In this document: one piece after another, positions 26,399 to 38,545 of the stretch
How positions within the stretch are numbered: the stretch's first letter is position 1
Layout of the letters: each line of letters starts with the position of its first letter
NCBI GenBank assembly: GCA_051453625.1
Contig: JBOZIK010000001.1
Coordinates: forward strand, 47,674,809 to 47,738,808
Direction: 5' to 3'
Length of the DNA stretch: 64,000 nucleotides
Source of the DNA: Welwitschia mirabilis
Lineage: Eukaryota
Program-made: the position numbers and the translations under genes
Notes under the pieces: generated by a model
Seen by the model: the letters and a program-made list of their open reading frames with translations, nothing else
Database searches by the model: none
Told to the model about the DNA's origin: nothing

Positions 26399-28170
26399 TA
26401 TAAAATAGGTAGTAAAATTGGAGCTTAATTATTGAGAAGGGAAAGAAGAAGAATAAAATATCTTTTTCATACTATGTTGAGAATTTATGTTAGATTTAAA
26501 CCTGTAGTTCCATTATGAATCTTGAAATTTCTGTAATGTAACTATTTTGGCCTTGAGAATACTTTCCAAGTTAAATTATGTATATTTTGGTTAAATCTTC
26601 TTGATCTTATATATCAAATGTAATAAATTTTGATTTCTTGATAAAAATCTTTATGTTTTTAATGTTAATTTATTAAAATTTTTGTATCAGATTATAGAAT
26701 CTTGTTAGAATAAATGTTAAAATCATTAATTTATTACTATTTCATATTTTTGATATGATCATTAGGCATGTATTTTAGATTAATGATTATTTCATTATTT
26801 CTTGCAATTAGTCATTTTTAATTATGAAAAGATGGACATTTATTTTAGAAGAAAGGGTCATAATAAGAGTAATGTTATAAGCATCTTTAAAAGTTATCGT
26901 TCATGTCAAATAGAATGAAGATAAACTAGTTTATTTAAATAAAATCATACTCTTTAATAAATTATAATATTTTTAAAGATAACTATGGTTATTATATTTA
27001 ACAACTATTATGTTAATAATAAATATTAATATTTTAAATAATTACTGGAGTGAAAAGCAAATGATGTGTAACATATAGGATTCGAACCCTAACCCTCTAC
27101 TTGACTTGTTTTCTCCCTCACCATTACACGAACGATAGGAAAGGTTAAAGGAAAAGAAACGTTAAGGAATTTATGATGTCACCATCATTTTTCTTTTCTA
27201 CTTACATTCAACCTCCATCAGCAGGCTCAATGATGCCATAGACTACCGCTTGTCCTCCTTTTAAACCATATTTCAAGCCTTATAGTTCTTAGTCCTTTCT
27301 CCATGGAAATGCCTCATTTCAAGTCCAGTAATCATCATCTAAATGCATCCAATCCATGTGCTATTAGATAGTAAAATGTAAGGCAAATTGTATGTGGATT
27401 ATGGCATTACAAATATTGATGCCAATGAATGTCTGTAATCTACCGTCGGTATCTCCCAAATGAGAATGATCAATGCTGATTTTAACACAACGTCAATAAA
27501 CTTGACTTTGTTTCAAAGGATTTCATACTACAATTTCATAATTTAATTAGAAGAACTAATGTTTTTTTTCTATCTTAGATCATCCAATAATCTTTTTGTC
27601 ATTCCAATTACTAAAATTAGTCAATGAAACATCTTGTAATAGTTTAGCAAGAGCATATACAATATAGATTGAATAGTGGAAAGGAAGCCTGTTTGTACAT
27701 CATTAGAATGCCTCTAGTAACTACATCATAACCTAAATAGATTGCTCCTACCCCTTAGCATATCTCCCCTCTCCTCCATTTTATTCTTCTTCCCTAATTG
27801 TGTAATGAACTAGGAAAATTGTTGATTGACACTCTGTGCCCTGCAAATAAATACTTGTGCCTACTTTGTCCTTTTCTCTCATCTATATCAACATCAAACT
27901 TCTCGTAATTTATAAGTGTTTTAATCAAAAAGAAAACATGTCTGCATGATCCTTGATGAAAATGCACTTCTCCAAGAATAATGAATGCCTCATCTTGCAG
28001 GATTATTTAATTTAATTTGCCTTGCACTTTTAATTCTTACATAGCTTATTTCAGTTTGCATACAATAAATCACCATCTTTCTTAAACCTAATTGAGAAAT
28101 TAGCATTATCAAGAAAATTGATCAAGGTAAGTAAAGAGTTGGTTATGCCTTCAACCCTTACACTGTGTCT
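26399..28170 (+). repeat. Left arm of a long inverted repeat (foldback)
   Basis: Reverse complement of 28883-30738 along its length. Examples: TGTAACTATTTTGGCCTT pairs with AAGGCCAAAATAGTTACA, and TAGTCAATGAAACATCTTGTAATAGTTTAG pairs with CTAAACTATTACAAGATGTTTCATTGACTA. Confidence 0.95.
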
Positions 28171-28196
28171 GTTTCATCTTACTCCTTCTTTTATTC

Positions 28197-28648
28197 ATCT
28201 AAATTCATATGTACAATGTAGAAATATACTAAATTCTTAGATACAAACTTGATTTGAAGGAAAATATAAATATAACTAATTATAGCCATCTATTTATAAT
28301 GTTAAGACTTTTATTAGTGTTATCCAATTTAAATATTAAGTAAGAATATTATTTACATTAAGAATTTAAATGAAATGGAGACAAATAGTTAGACTTGTTT
28401 AAATACACAATGACATCACTAGATTTTTAGGAATTAACTTCTGTTTTTAGATATTATATCTTGTCTTGATGTATTATCTAAATGTAAACATTACATTTAA
28501 GAAACATTTAGAATAAGGGATTTTAAACTCCTAACTCCCTACATCATTGTAAAGAGATGGCTATAATTAATTATATTTTTATTTTCCTTCAAATTATGTT
28601 TGCATTTAAGTATTTAGTATGTTTCTACATGGTACATATGAATTTTGA
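28197..28648. mobile_element. MITE-like element with ~90-bp terminal inverted repeats
   Basis: 28200-28291 (AAATTCATATGTAC...ATTATAGCCATCT) is inverted at 28555-28646 (AGATGGCTATAAT...GTACATATGAATTT). A second partial copy lies at 23485-23782. Confidence 0.75.
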
Positions 28649-28882
28649 CTAACCTCCCGTCTATTGTGTTTCAAGATTATAATTTATGTAAAAGTAAAAA
28701 AGACCCAAAGATCAAATTTCAAATAAAAGTATTATGTAAGACTTGAGCTAAAAACCTAAGTCTTTGCATTTAATTTGATATCCATTTTGGCCATCAGCTC
28801 TTATTTTGTTATTATTTGCATTGTATACGTTAAAACCATGATTCAAACGCTTCCAAGATTGAGATGCTTTTCAACAAATAGA

Positions 28883-30738
28883 AGATATGGCATAGGGGTT
28901 AAAGGCATAACTGGCACTTTATTTATCTTGATTAATTTTCATGATGATGCCGATTGCTTGATTAGATTTAAGAAAGACGACAATTTATTGTGAGTAGACT
29001 GATAAGTTATGTAAGGATTGAGAGTGAAGGGTAAATTAAATTAACTAATATTGAAAGATCAAGTATTGATTATTCTTGAAGAAGGGTGTTTTCATCAAGA
29101 ATCATGTGGACAACCTCCCTTTTCAATTAAAACAGTTATGAATGGTGAGAAGTCTAATGTAGATACAAATGAGAGCAAGGAACAAAGTAGGCACAAGTAT
29201 TTATTTATAGGGCATAGAGTGTTAATTAACAATTTTCCTGGTTTACTACACAATGGGAGAAGAAGAATAAAATGGAGGAGATGGAAGATATGCTAAGGGG
29301 TAGGAGCACTCTATTTGGGCTATGATGTAGGCATAGAGGCATTTTGATGATGCATAAATAGGCTTCCTTTCTACTATTCTGACTATATTGTATACATTCT
29401 TACTAAACTATTACAAGATGTTTCATTGACTAATTTCAAAAATTGGAATGACACAAAGATTTTTGGATGATCTGAGAGATAGAGGAAAAAAACATAAGTC
29501 CTTTTGATTAAATTATAAAATTATAGTATGAAATCCTTCAAAGCAAAATTGAGTTTATTGATGTTATGGTGAAATCAACATTGATCATTCCAATTTGGAA
29601 GGTACCAACAGTGGGTTACAGGCATTTAATGGTATTAATTTTTACAATACCATAACTCATGTATAATCTACCTTGCGTTTCAATATCTGATAGCACATGG
29701 TAAGAATTTGGGAGGCATTTAGATGGTGATTACTAGACTTGAAGCGAGGCATTTTCATGGAGAATTAACTGAGAACTTTGAGGCTTGAAATATGGTTTAG
29801 GAGGAGAGAAAGCGACAGTCTATGGCATCATTGAACCTATTGATGGAGGTTAAACATAAGGGTAAAAGGAAATTGATGTTGACATCATAAATTCCTTAAC
29901 ATTTCTTTTCATTTAATATCTCTTATCATTCATGTAATGGTGAGCAAGGAAAGATGTCAAGTAGAGGGTCGAGGTTTGAATCCTATATGTTACACATCAT
30001 TTGCTTTTTCCTCCACTAATTATTTAAAATATTAATATTTACTATTAACATAATAGTTATTAAATATAATAACTATAGTTATCTTTAAAAATATTATAAT
30101 TAAAATATTAGTATTTATTATTAACATAATAGTTATTAAATATAATAACTATAGTTATCTTTAAAAAATTATAATTTATTAAAAAAATTTAGTTTATTTA
30201 AATAAGCTAGTTTATCTTTATTCTATTTAATGTGAACGAAACCTTGTAAAAATGCTTATAACTGTCATCTTATTATGACCCTTTCTTCTAAAATAAATGT
30301 CTATCTTTTCATAAGTAAAAATAACTTATTGCAAGAAATAATGAAATAATTATTAATCTAAAATAGATGCCTAATAATCATAAAAAAATATGCAATAGTA
30401 ATAAAGCAACGATTTTAACATTTATTCTAATGAGATTCTACAATCTGAATACAAAAATTTTAACAAATCAACATTGAAAATATAAAGATTTTTATCAATA
30501 AAATTAAAATTTATTAAATTTGATATACAAGATTAAGAAGATTTAACCAAAATATACATAATTTAATTTGGTAAGTATTCTTAAGGCCAAAATAGTTACA
30601 TTATTGAAATTTCAATATTCACAAAGGAACTATAGGTTTTAATTCAAGGTAAATTCTCAACACAATCTGAAAAAGATATTCTCTTCTTCTCCTTGTCCTA
30701 CTCGATAATCAAGCTCTAGTTTTACCACCTATTTTATA
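28883..30738 (-). repeat. Right arm of a long inverted repeat (foldback)
   Basis: Reverse complement of 26399-28170. Carries an arm-specific ~76-bp tandem duplication at 30025-30175. Confidence 0.95.
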
Positions 30739-32575
30739 ATATATTTTTACTTATATATGTTTAAAATTAGTAAGAAAATGAAAAAGGGAATGAATACAAC
30801 CATGCCTAGGATACTAGTGGGTAATAGGAAACAAAACACCACGAAGAACTAGCATGATACACACTAGTAAATATGAGATAGGAACTTAAGGAGGAAAACA
30901 TTTCAAACAACTGAAGGATTTAGAATATATTAAAAAAGGAATGGGATGTATGCATAGGACCTAGGATGTTAAACATAATGTTATAAGTAAGAGCTATATC
31001 AGATGACCTTAGATAATTAACAGGAAAATTTTTAGTATAATGATAAGAATTAGGTTAAGGTCATTTAAAATAGGAAATACCCTATTTTAAGTTCTAGGGT
31101 ACTAAGAAATAACACCATGATACTAAGGAAAAATAAAGACTTTATTGGAAACTTATTTGGGTGTGTTTGCCTATAAAAGCAAGCTCTATTATTTGAAAAG
31201 AGAAGAAAAATAAAAATATATTTTCTAAATCTCACTCTCCTTTTTTATTGTTTAAGCTTAATCTTACATGTGGTATTTGGGTAGTTTTATTCTTACATAT
31301 GATATGAGAGCATAAACTATAGTTCATGAAACTCTTAGACCATGCATGCCTTTACATGATTCTTTTACCATAAAGACTTTTAAGACTTTCTCAAATTTTT
31401 TTGAATTTTTTAAAAGTATTTATAAGATTTTTTTTAAGATCTATGTAGTGTCTTTTACTTTCCTTTATTTTTTTTTATTTTCAAGGTTATTGTTCATTTG
31501 TATTGAAGTTATTTACAAGGTTGTTGTTCCTATATGTTTTTAATTCCCAAAGAAGATAAAAAGGCATAAAAGAAGAAGAGCAAGTATTGCATNNNNNNNN
31601 NNNNNNNNNNNNNNNNNNNNNNNNNNNNNNNNNNNNNNNNNNNNNNNNNNNNNNNNNNNNNNNNNNNNNNNNNNNNNNNNNNNNNNNNNNNNNNNNNNNN
31701 NNNNNNNNNNNNNNNNNNNNNNNNNNNNNNNNNNNNNNNNNNNNNNNNNNNNNNNNNNNNNNNNNNNNNNNNNNNNNNNNNNNNNNNNNNNNNNNNNNNN
31801 NNNNNNNNNNNNNNNNNNNNNNNNNNNNNNNNNNNNNNNNNNNNNNNNNNNNNNNNNNNNNNNNNNNNNNNNNNNNNNNNNNNNNNNNNNNNNNNNNNNN
31901 NNNNNNNNNNNNNNNNNNNNNNNNNNNNNNNNNNNNNNNNNNNNNNNNNNNNNNNNNNNNNNNNNNNNNNNNNNNNNNNNNNNNNNNNNNNNNNNNNNNN
32001 NNNNNNNNNNNNNNNNNNNNNNNNNNNNNNNNNNNNNNNNNNNNNNNNNNNNNNNNTTTTCATAAATTTTCATAGATTATTTTTTTGATTGGTTTTCTTT
32101 ATACTATAACAAGATATAGACATAACCAAAACCCTCTATATCAGTTAGAATCAAAGATTCTTTAATTTGTTATGCTTGTTATGAGCAGTATTTAAAAACT
32201 TTCGCTACACATTTGGATAGTATTGTCATTCCTGTTACCATTTAAAACTATTTCATGAAATGCTAATGGGGATTTTATTTTCTTAATTATTGAATGTAGT
32301 TATAGAAATATTCTCTACCTCATCAACCCATAACCTCTCTGTCATCTCTATTGAACAACACCGCTGCATGTCCTTAGCTTATGTTTCCTCTATACTCAAT
32401 GTCACAGTTCTTCACTGGCACCGATTTTGTTACTAATTCATTGCTTATTACTTTAGCATAGTTACTTTTTAGGTGATCTCACATCTATTTGTTACTTCTA
32501 GATGTATAGCTTTATGTCATTGAGTACTAATACCCCTACACGTGCTACCACTGATGGCCATTCTTAGCATGTCAT

Positions 32576-32904
32576 TGTTAGGCCTTTTATCATCACACCA
32601 AAAGCAATAACTTAGGTGGAATTTGGTAATCTAGAATCATTTACATTTACTTACTTATCGAGCTGGGCATGATGACTGCATATTCAACAATCATCCCCTT
32701 GATCCATATGCTAAGAGCTCATATGAACCGGGAAGGCACTAAGAAGACTCGAACCTGAGACCAGCTAATAATCATGGATCTGATACTAATTGTTAGGCCC
32801 TTTACTATGACACCAAAAAACCATGACTTAGGTGGAATCTATAAACTGGAACCCTTTATAATTATCCACTTGTCAAGCTAGGCATGAGTACCGCACACCA
32901 AAGA
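32576..32904 (-). mobile_element. Complete TRIM (terminal-repeat retrotransposon in miniature)
   Basis: 114-bp direct repeats at 32576-32689 and 32791-32904 (TGTTAGGCC...). The 101-bp internal part has a decayed iMet PBS and PPT TCAAGGGGAT on the minus strand. Perfect TSD GTCAT at 32571-32575 and 32905-32909. Confidence 0.93.
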
Positions 32905-33331
32905 GTCATCTGTTATTACCTGCGACCCTATCATCATCGGCTGAATTGCTAAAACCAGTTGCTATTTCTAGTCTCTGGTGACTACATCGCTACTGTAAAG
33001 CCTCTTCTGTTTAAGCTTGGGTAACATAACATAGAGGGCTTATCACTAGACATTTACCATGTCTACAACTCTAGTGATGTCTATTCTCCTGGAAGACAAA
33101 ATTTCTCTCTTTTAATACATACATGGACTTTGACATGAAGATAATCCCTAAGATCCCTTATCATCTTTTCCATTTGCTATATAAGCATATGTGTTTATTA
33201 CCTTAATTTTAAGAACATCATCAAGAGCACCTCTAATGAATCTCAATGCGAAGCCAATGAATTTGGCAAAGTTCTGAAAGAAATGAAGAGAAATATTATT
33301 CTTTATTTTATAAACATCTTACTATAGACAC

Positions 33332-36300
33332 TGTTAAAATGCAATACTAGCTCATGCAACATATTTCTTTGAAGACTTAGTTGTCTGAGCTTACTATTTT
33401 AGTTCTTAGTTTACTTGTTTAATTATTCCTATTTACTTGCTAAGTTGGGTAGTTTAGTACAGAGTTCATTACTTATTTTTAACTGATTTTTTGAATTGTG
33501 CAACTTCTTATTTCCTATTATTTTTGAGTTAATTCTAGTTAGTGAAGTTAGTGGGTTAGTTATTTAAAAGAAGGAGAACTATTATTAAGTTAGTGGAGTT
33601 AGTGAATTAGTTATTGAAAAGAAGGAGAACTATTATTAAGTTAGTGGAGTTAGTGGGTTAGTTACTACAAAATAAGGAGAACTATTATTGAGTTTCTTAC
33701 TTTTTATGCCTATATAAGGCTCTTTAGTTGCATTAAATAAAATTACTCCCTTCACAACATCTGTTTTGTTTTCTATGAGATTTTTTTATAGAGTGCACAT
33801 CCTATTTTCAAATTTATATTTAGTCTTTTTCTCTCTAGTTTTCATCATTTTGGTATCATAGCTAGGTGAATATTTTCTACTAGCAAGATGAATGATCTTC
33901 AAGTTATTAGCAGAATTAGAAAGCTTAACAATCAAAGCAACAATTCATGATCGACATGTATGAAATATAACATGCAAAGCCAAGACTTGTGGGAAGTTGT
34001 CAATGCAAGCAAAGTTATCCAACTGAAAGAGGATGCAAATGGTACATTGCAGAAATGGAGGATAAAAGTGATAAGGCAATGTTTACTTTAAAGACTATGA
34101 TTAAAGAAACACATCTGAAAGGTCAAAACCCCCAAAGAAGCTTGGGACACATTAGCCATGCTTTTCTCAGAGAAGAATGACACAAGGCTTCAACTTCTAG
34201 AGAGCACACTATTTTCGTAGCATAACGCGACATGACGATTGCTCAGTTCTTCCACAAGGTGAAGTTACTATGTCAAGAACTTTCTGAGTTAGATCTAGAA
34301 GCTCTAATCAGGGAAACTAGGATGAAAATAATAATTATCCATGGTTTGAGATCTAAATATAGAAGCTTTATTACTATAGTATAAGGATATCAAGAGCAAC
34401 CATCACTTGTTGAGTTCAAAAATTTTCTTGCTAGTCAGGAAGACTTAGCCAAGAAAATGAGAGGAGTTTCATAGAAGAATGAAGAGGAAGAATTCTATAT
34501 CAACAAAAGCAGATGGAATTCCAAGTAACACACCATTAATGGATCCAATAGGAATGAGGACAATGTAAAAAATAATTAACATAAAGGAAGCGACTATTCA
34601 GGGGGAGATTCGAAGAATCATGGCAATGGTAATAAATTTGAAGGTAAGTGCTACAATTATGAGAAGGATGATCATATGCAAAAGATTATTACAACAAAAA
34701 GTTTCAAAGAAAGTTTTATAATTATGGAAAGGATGGTCAGATGGCAAAAGATTGTCGGTCGAAGAAAAAGACCATAGAGAGTAATGCTGCTACTTCCAAA
34801 AGTGAAGATGAATGAAATGCTAAGTTACTCTTTGATGCAAAGGAGGATTTAGCTCTTATAACAACAATCTTTGAATATATTAATTATGAGAAAGATTGGA
34901 TCATCAACTCAAGATGCTCAAATCATATGATAGGTGATAAAGAAAAGTTGTAGAATTTGTTAGAATACAAAGGGAGCTAAGTGTTGTGACAACCAAAAAC
35001 TCAAAGTTACCGATAGCTCACATTGGTTATATGGTAGTTTCTCCTCAAAATAGTGCTAATGGGGTATCACTTCAAAATGTGTATTATGTTCCAAGTATGA
35101 AGAAAAATATTTTGTCAGTAGTAAAATTTACATCTTTAGGCTATTTTTTTCTATTTGGTATACAAGATATGAAGGTATATTGCGACTTTGAGGCTATAGG
35201 AGAGCCAATGGTGAAGGGATGAAGATTAGAGTCAGTCTATGTGATGTCTTTAGAAACTGCATATGTAGATAAGACGAGTAAGAATGAGACAGCAAATTTG
35301 TGGCACATGTGATTAAGTCACATTAGCTATTCCAAGCTAAACGTGATGATGAAAAATTCAATGTTAAAGGGACTTTTGAAACTCGAATTAAGATCAGATC
35401 TAATCTGCATAGGATGTCAGTATGAAAAAGCACATTAGTTGTCATATGAAGAGTCCAAATTTAAATCAAAGAAACCATTAGAGTTAATTAACTCTAATTG
35501 TTTGGACCTGTTAAGCAAGTCTCTATCAATGGGATGAAGTTTATGGTAACCTTTATTAATGATTTTTCTAAGGATGTGTGGGTTCATTTTATGAAGGAAA
35601 AATCTGAAGTTTTTTTCAATGGGTTCAAAGAGATAGCAGAACCAAAACTCGGTAAGAAAATTAATTACTTGCGTACTAAAAATAGGTCAGAGTATACCTT
35701 AGACAAGTTTTTCAATTTCATTTGAGAGTACCAAATCCATCATCAGTTCACATGTACCAATACTCTGTAGTAGAATGGTGTAGTAGAAAGAAAGAACAGG
35801 CACCTATTAGAAATATGTCATAGCATGCTTCATGCAAAGAATGTTATGGGATGATTTTGGATAGAAGTAATGAATACTATAGATTTTATAATCAATAGGA
35901 TTCCTCAACAAAGGTTAGGTTTTCTTTCACCTTTTAAAAATAGTGGAACATAAAACCTACAGTTAGCTATTTTCATGTTTTCAGATGTGTGTGCTATGTA
36001 TTTGTACATGATCATTTATGTAGCAAGATTAGTAAGAAGGCCATTAGATGTATCTTTATGGAATATGATAGTCAAAGAAAAGGATGAACATGTTGTGATC
36101 CTAAATTGAAAAATGCTACACGTCCCAAAATGTAGTATTTGATGAAGCATATTCTTGGTGGTTTTTAGAAAAGAAGATATTACTAAACTTAGATGCTTTT
36201 AAAGATGAGTTAAAGTTTACTCAAATTCAATTAAATTTAGGTCAAGAAGAAGATGCTGATGATAATGGTTATGTTAAAGAAGGCATAGCTCTTGGTCCTT

Positions 36301-38474
36301 GGCAAACTGATATGCATCATTAACCAAGCAAAGAAGATAAGCCTGTTGAAGTAGTAGTATCAACTCCACTTAGAAGATCAACAAGAATCAGAAAGCCAAA
36401 TTCCAAATATGCTAATGCTTCTATAATAGAAGAAGAAGATGCAATGGAATTAGAGACATTTGAGAAAGCATTTCAGAATCCAAATTGGATTAAAGCTATG
36501 AAAGAAAAACAATGAAATCACACTTGGGTGGTCATGCCAAAGCTAAGAGATGCGAAGCCTATTTCATGAAAATGGGTTTATAAAATAAAATGCCACATAG
36601 ATGGACCGATTAAGAGATACAAAGCTCTTCTAATAGTGAGAGGGTTCTTTCAATAATATGAACTAGACTATAAAGAAATGTTTAGTCCAGTTGCAAAGCT
36701 TACAACTCTGTAAGTCTTACTAGCACTTGTAGCTAGCAAAAGTTGGAATTTGTGATAGATGGATGTGAGGAATGCATTTCTACATGGAGAATTAGATTAA
36801 GAGATATACATGACTTAAATAATGGATTTTCAGAACCAAGATCATCCTTAGTATGTGTATAAGCTTTGAAAGGCACTCTATGAAATAAAGCAGACACTAA
36901 GGGCTTAGTATAATAAGATTGCTGAATTTTTGATTCATATGGTTATTCTATGACACCTATAGATTCTAGTTTATTTATTAAAGTTAATGGAGAAAAACTA
37001 GCTACTATGCTAGTGTATGTGAAATTGTGAAGAAAAAATCCAGTGAATGAAGAAGAATTTATTAATTCATTTCCAAATGAAAGAAATTAGACAACTCAAG
37101 CACTTTCTTGATCTATAGGTTGATCGTACTCAAGAAGGAATATTTCTTCATTAGCAAAAATATTATAAAAAATTGTTGAAGAAGTTTTAAATTCTTGAGT
37201 GCAAGCTAATTTTAACTCTAATGGAGCGAAACACCACAATGTGTGCCCATGAAGGGAGAAATTTGAAAGACATGATAATGTATCGATAGTTGGTGCATAG
37301 TTTGATCTACCTAACTTTAATCAAAGGAGATATTTTCTATGTAGTTGGTGTGAGGAATCAGTACATGCAAAATACAAAGAATCCCCATTTGAAAGGAGTG
37401 CAACAAATTTTAAGATATGTGAAGAGTACTCTAGACTATAGTATCTTGTATAAGAAAGGTGGAGATTGCAAGATAGTTGATTACTATGATGTTAACTATG
37501 CAAGTGATCATGATACTCGACATTCAATTACTGGGTATATTTTTATGCTAAGATGGGAAGCAATTTCTTATTGTAATAAAAGACAGCCAACTGTGTCTTT
37601 GTCAATAATAGAAGCAGAGTATCAAGCTACGACAAGTGTAACTCAAGAGAGTACTTGACTTATGCAATTGTTAAAGGACTTGAATCAGTTAATAGATTCT
37701 ATAGGTCCTCTATATTATGATAATCAGTCAGTAATACGTTTGATAGAGAATCTAGTTTTTCATGCAAGAACTAAACATATGGAGCTGCATTACCATTTTA
37801 TCAGGGAAAAAGTTCTAGAAGAAAAGGTTGAGTTGAAGCATATTCAAAAAAAAAAAAAAAATCAAGCTGCATATTTATTGATGACAAGATTATGTAGCAG
37901 CAAGTTGGAAAACTCTTGTTATTAGCTTGGCATAATGAAAAGAATGAAAGCTAGTGTTGAGTGGGAGTGTTAAAATGCAACACCATCTTATGTAACAAAC
38001 TTCTTTAAAGACTTGGTTGTCTAAGTTTACTATTTTAATTTTTGATTTAATTACTTAATTATTACTATTTACTTGCTAAATTGGTTAGTTTGTTACAGAG
38101 TCTACTACCTATTTTTAGCTTATATTTTAAATTATGCAAGTAGTTATTTCCCATTATTTTCTAGTTGAGTCTAGCTAGTGGAGCTAGTGGGTCAATTACT
38201 GAAAAGAAGGAGAACTGTTATTGAGTTAGTGGATTAGTTGCTAAAAAAAGGAGAACTATTATTAAGTTAGTAGAGTTAGTGGGTTAGTTACTAAAAAAAA
38301 AGGAGAACTATTATTGATTTTGTTCCTTTGTATGCCTACATAAAGCTCTTTAGTTGCATTAAATAAAATTACTTCCTTTACAACATTTGTTTTGTTTTTT
38401 ATGAGATATCTTCTACAAAGTGCACTTCATCTTCTCAAATTTATATTTGGTCTTTTGCTCTCTAATTTTCATCA
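33332..38474 (+). mobile_element. Full-length degenerate Ty1/copia element with both LTRs
   Basis: LTRs at 33332-33847 and 37968-38474 (TGTTAAAATGCAA...TTTTCATCA). PBS TGGTATCATAGC at 33851, PPT GAGTGGGAG before 37968. Motifs: gag QDLWEVV, protease WIINSRCSNHM, integrase FGPVKQ...FINDFSK, RT MDVRNAFLHG, RNase [19 protein letters not shown] and FHARTKH. Confidence 0.97.
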
Positions 38475-38545
38475 GAGTGGTGTAGCGGAGGTGTGATGGG
38501 CCCATAATCCACAGGTACTAGGATCAAAACCTTGCTTCGATACCA
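38471..38545 (+). pseudogene. Retro-copied initiator tRNA-Met(CAT) including the 3' CCA
   Basis: ATCAGAGTGGTGTAGCGGAGGTGTGATGGGCCCATAATCCACAGGTACTAGGATCAAAACCTTGCTTCGATA-CCA is colinear with plant cytosolic tRNA-iMet over 72 nt. It has about 12 substitutions, mostly transitions, an intact anticodon and an encoded CCA. Confidence 0.93.

Noticed and set aside
28775-29296. Short ORFs in the foldback arm as a gene or transposase
   Set aside because: No recognisable motif in the frames I translated, and the reading frames are not preserved in the opposite arm.
33535-33695. CRISPR-like repeat array
   Set aside because: These are head-to-tail repeats without unique spacers, inside a plant LTR.
38471-38545. 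Functional tRNA-iMet gene
   Set aside because: It has an encoded CCA, stem-disrupting substitutions, a damaged B box and no oligo-T terminator, and it is embedded between retroelements.
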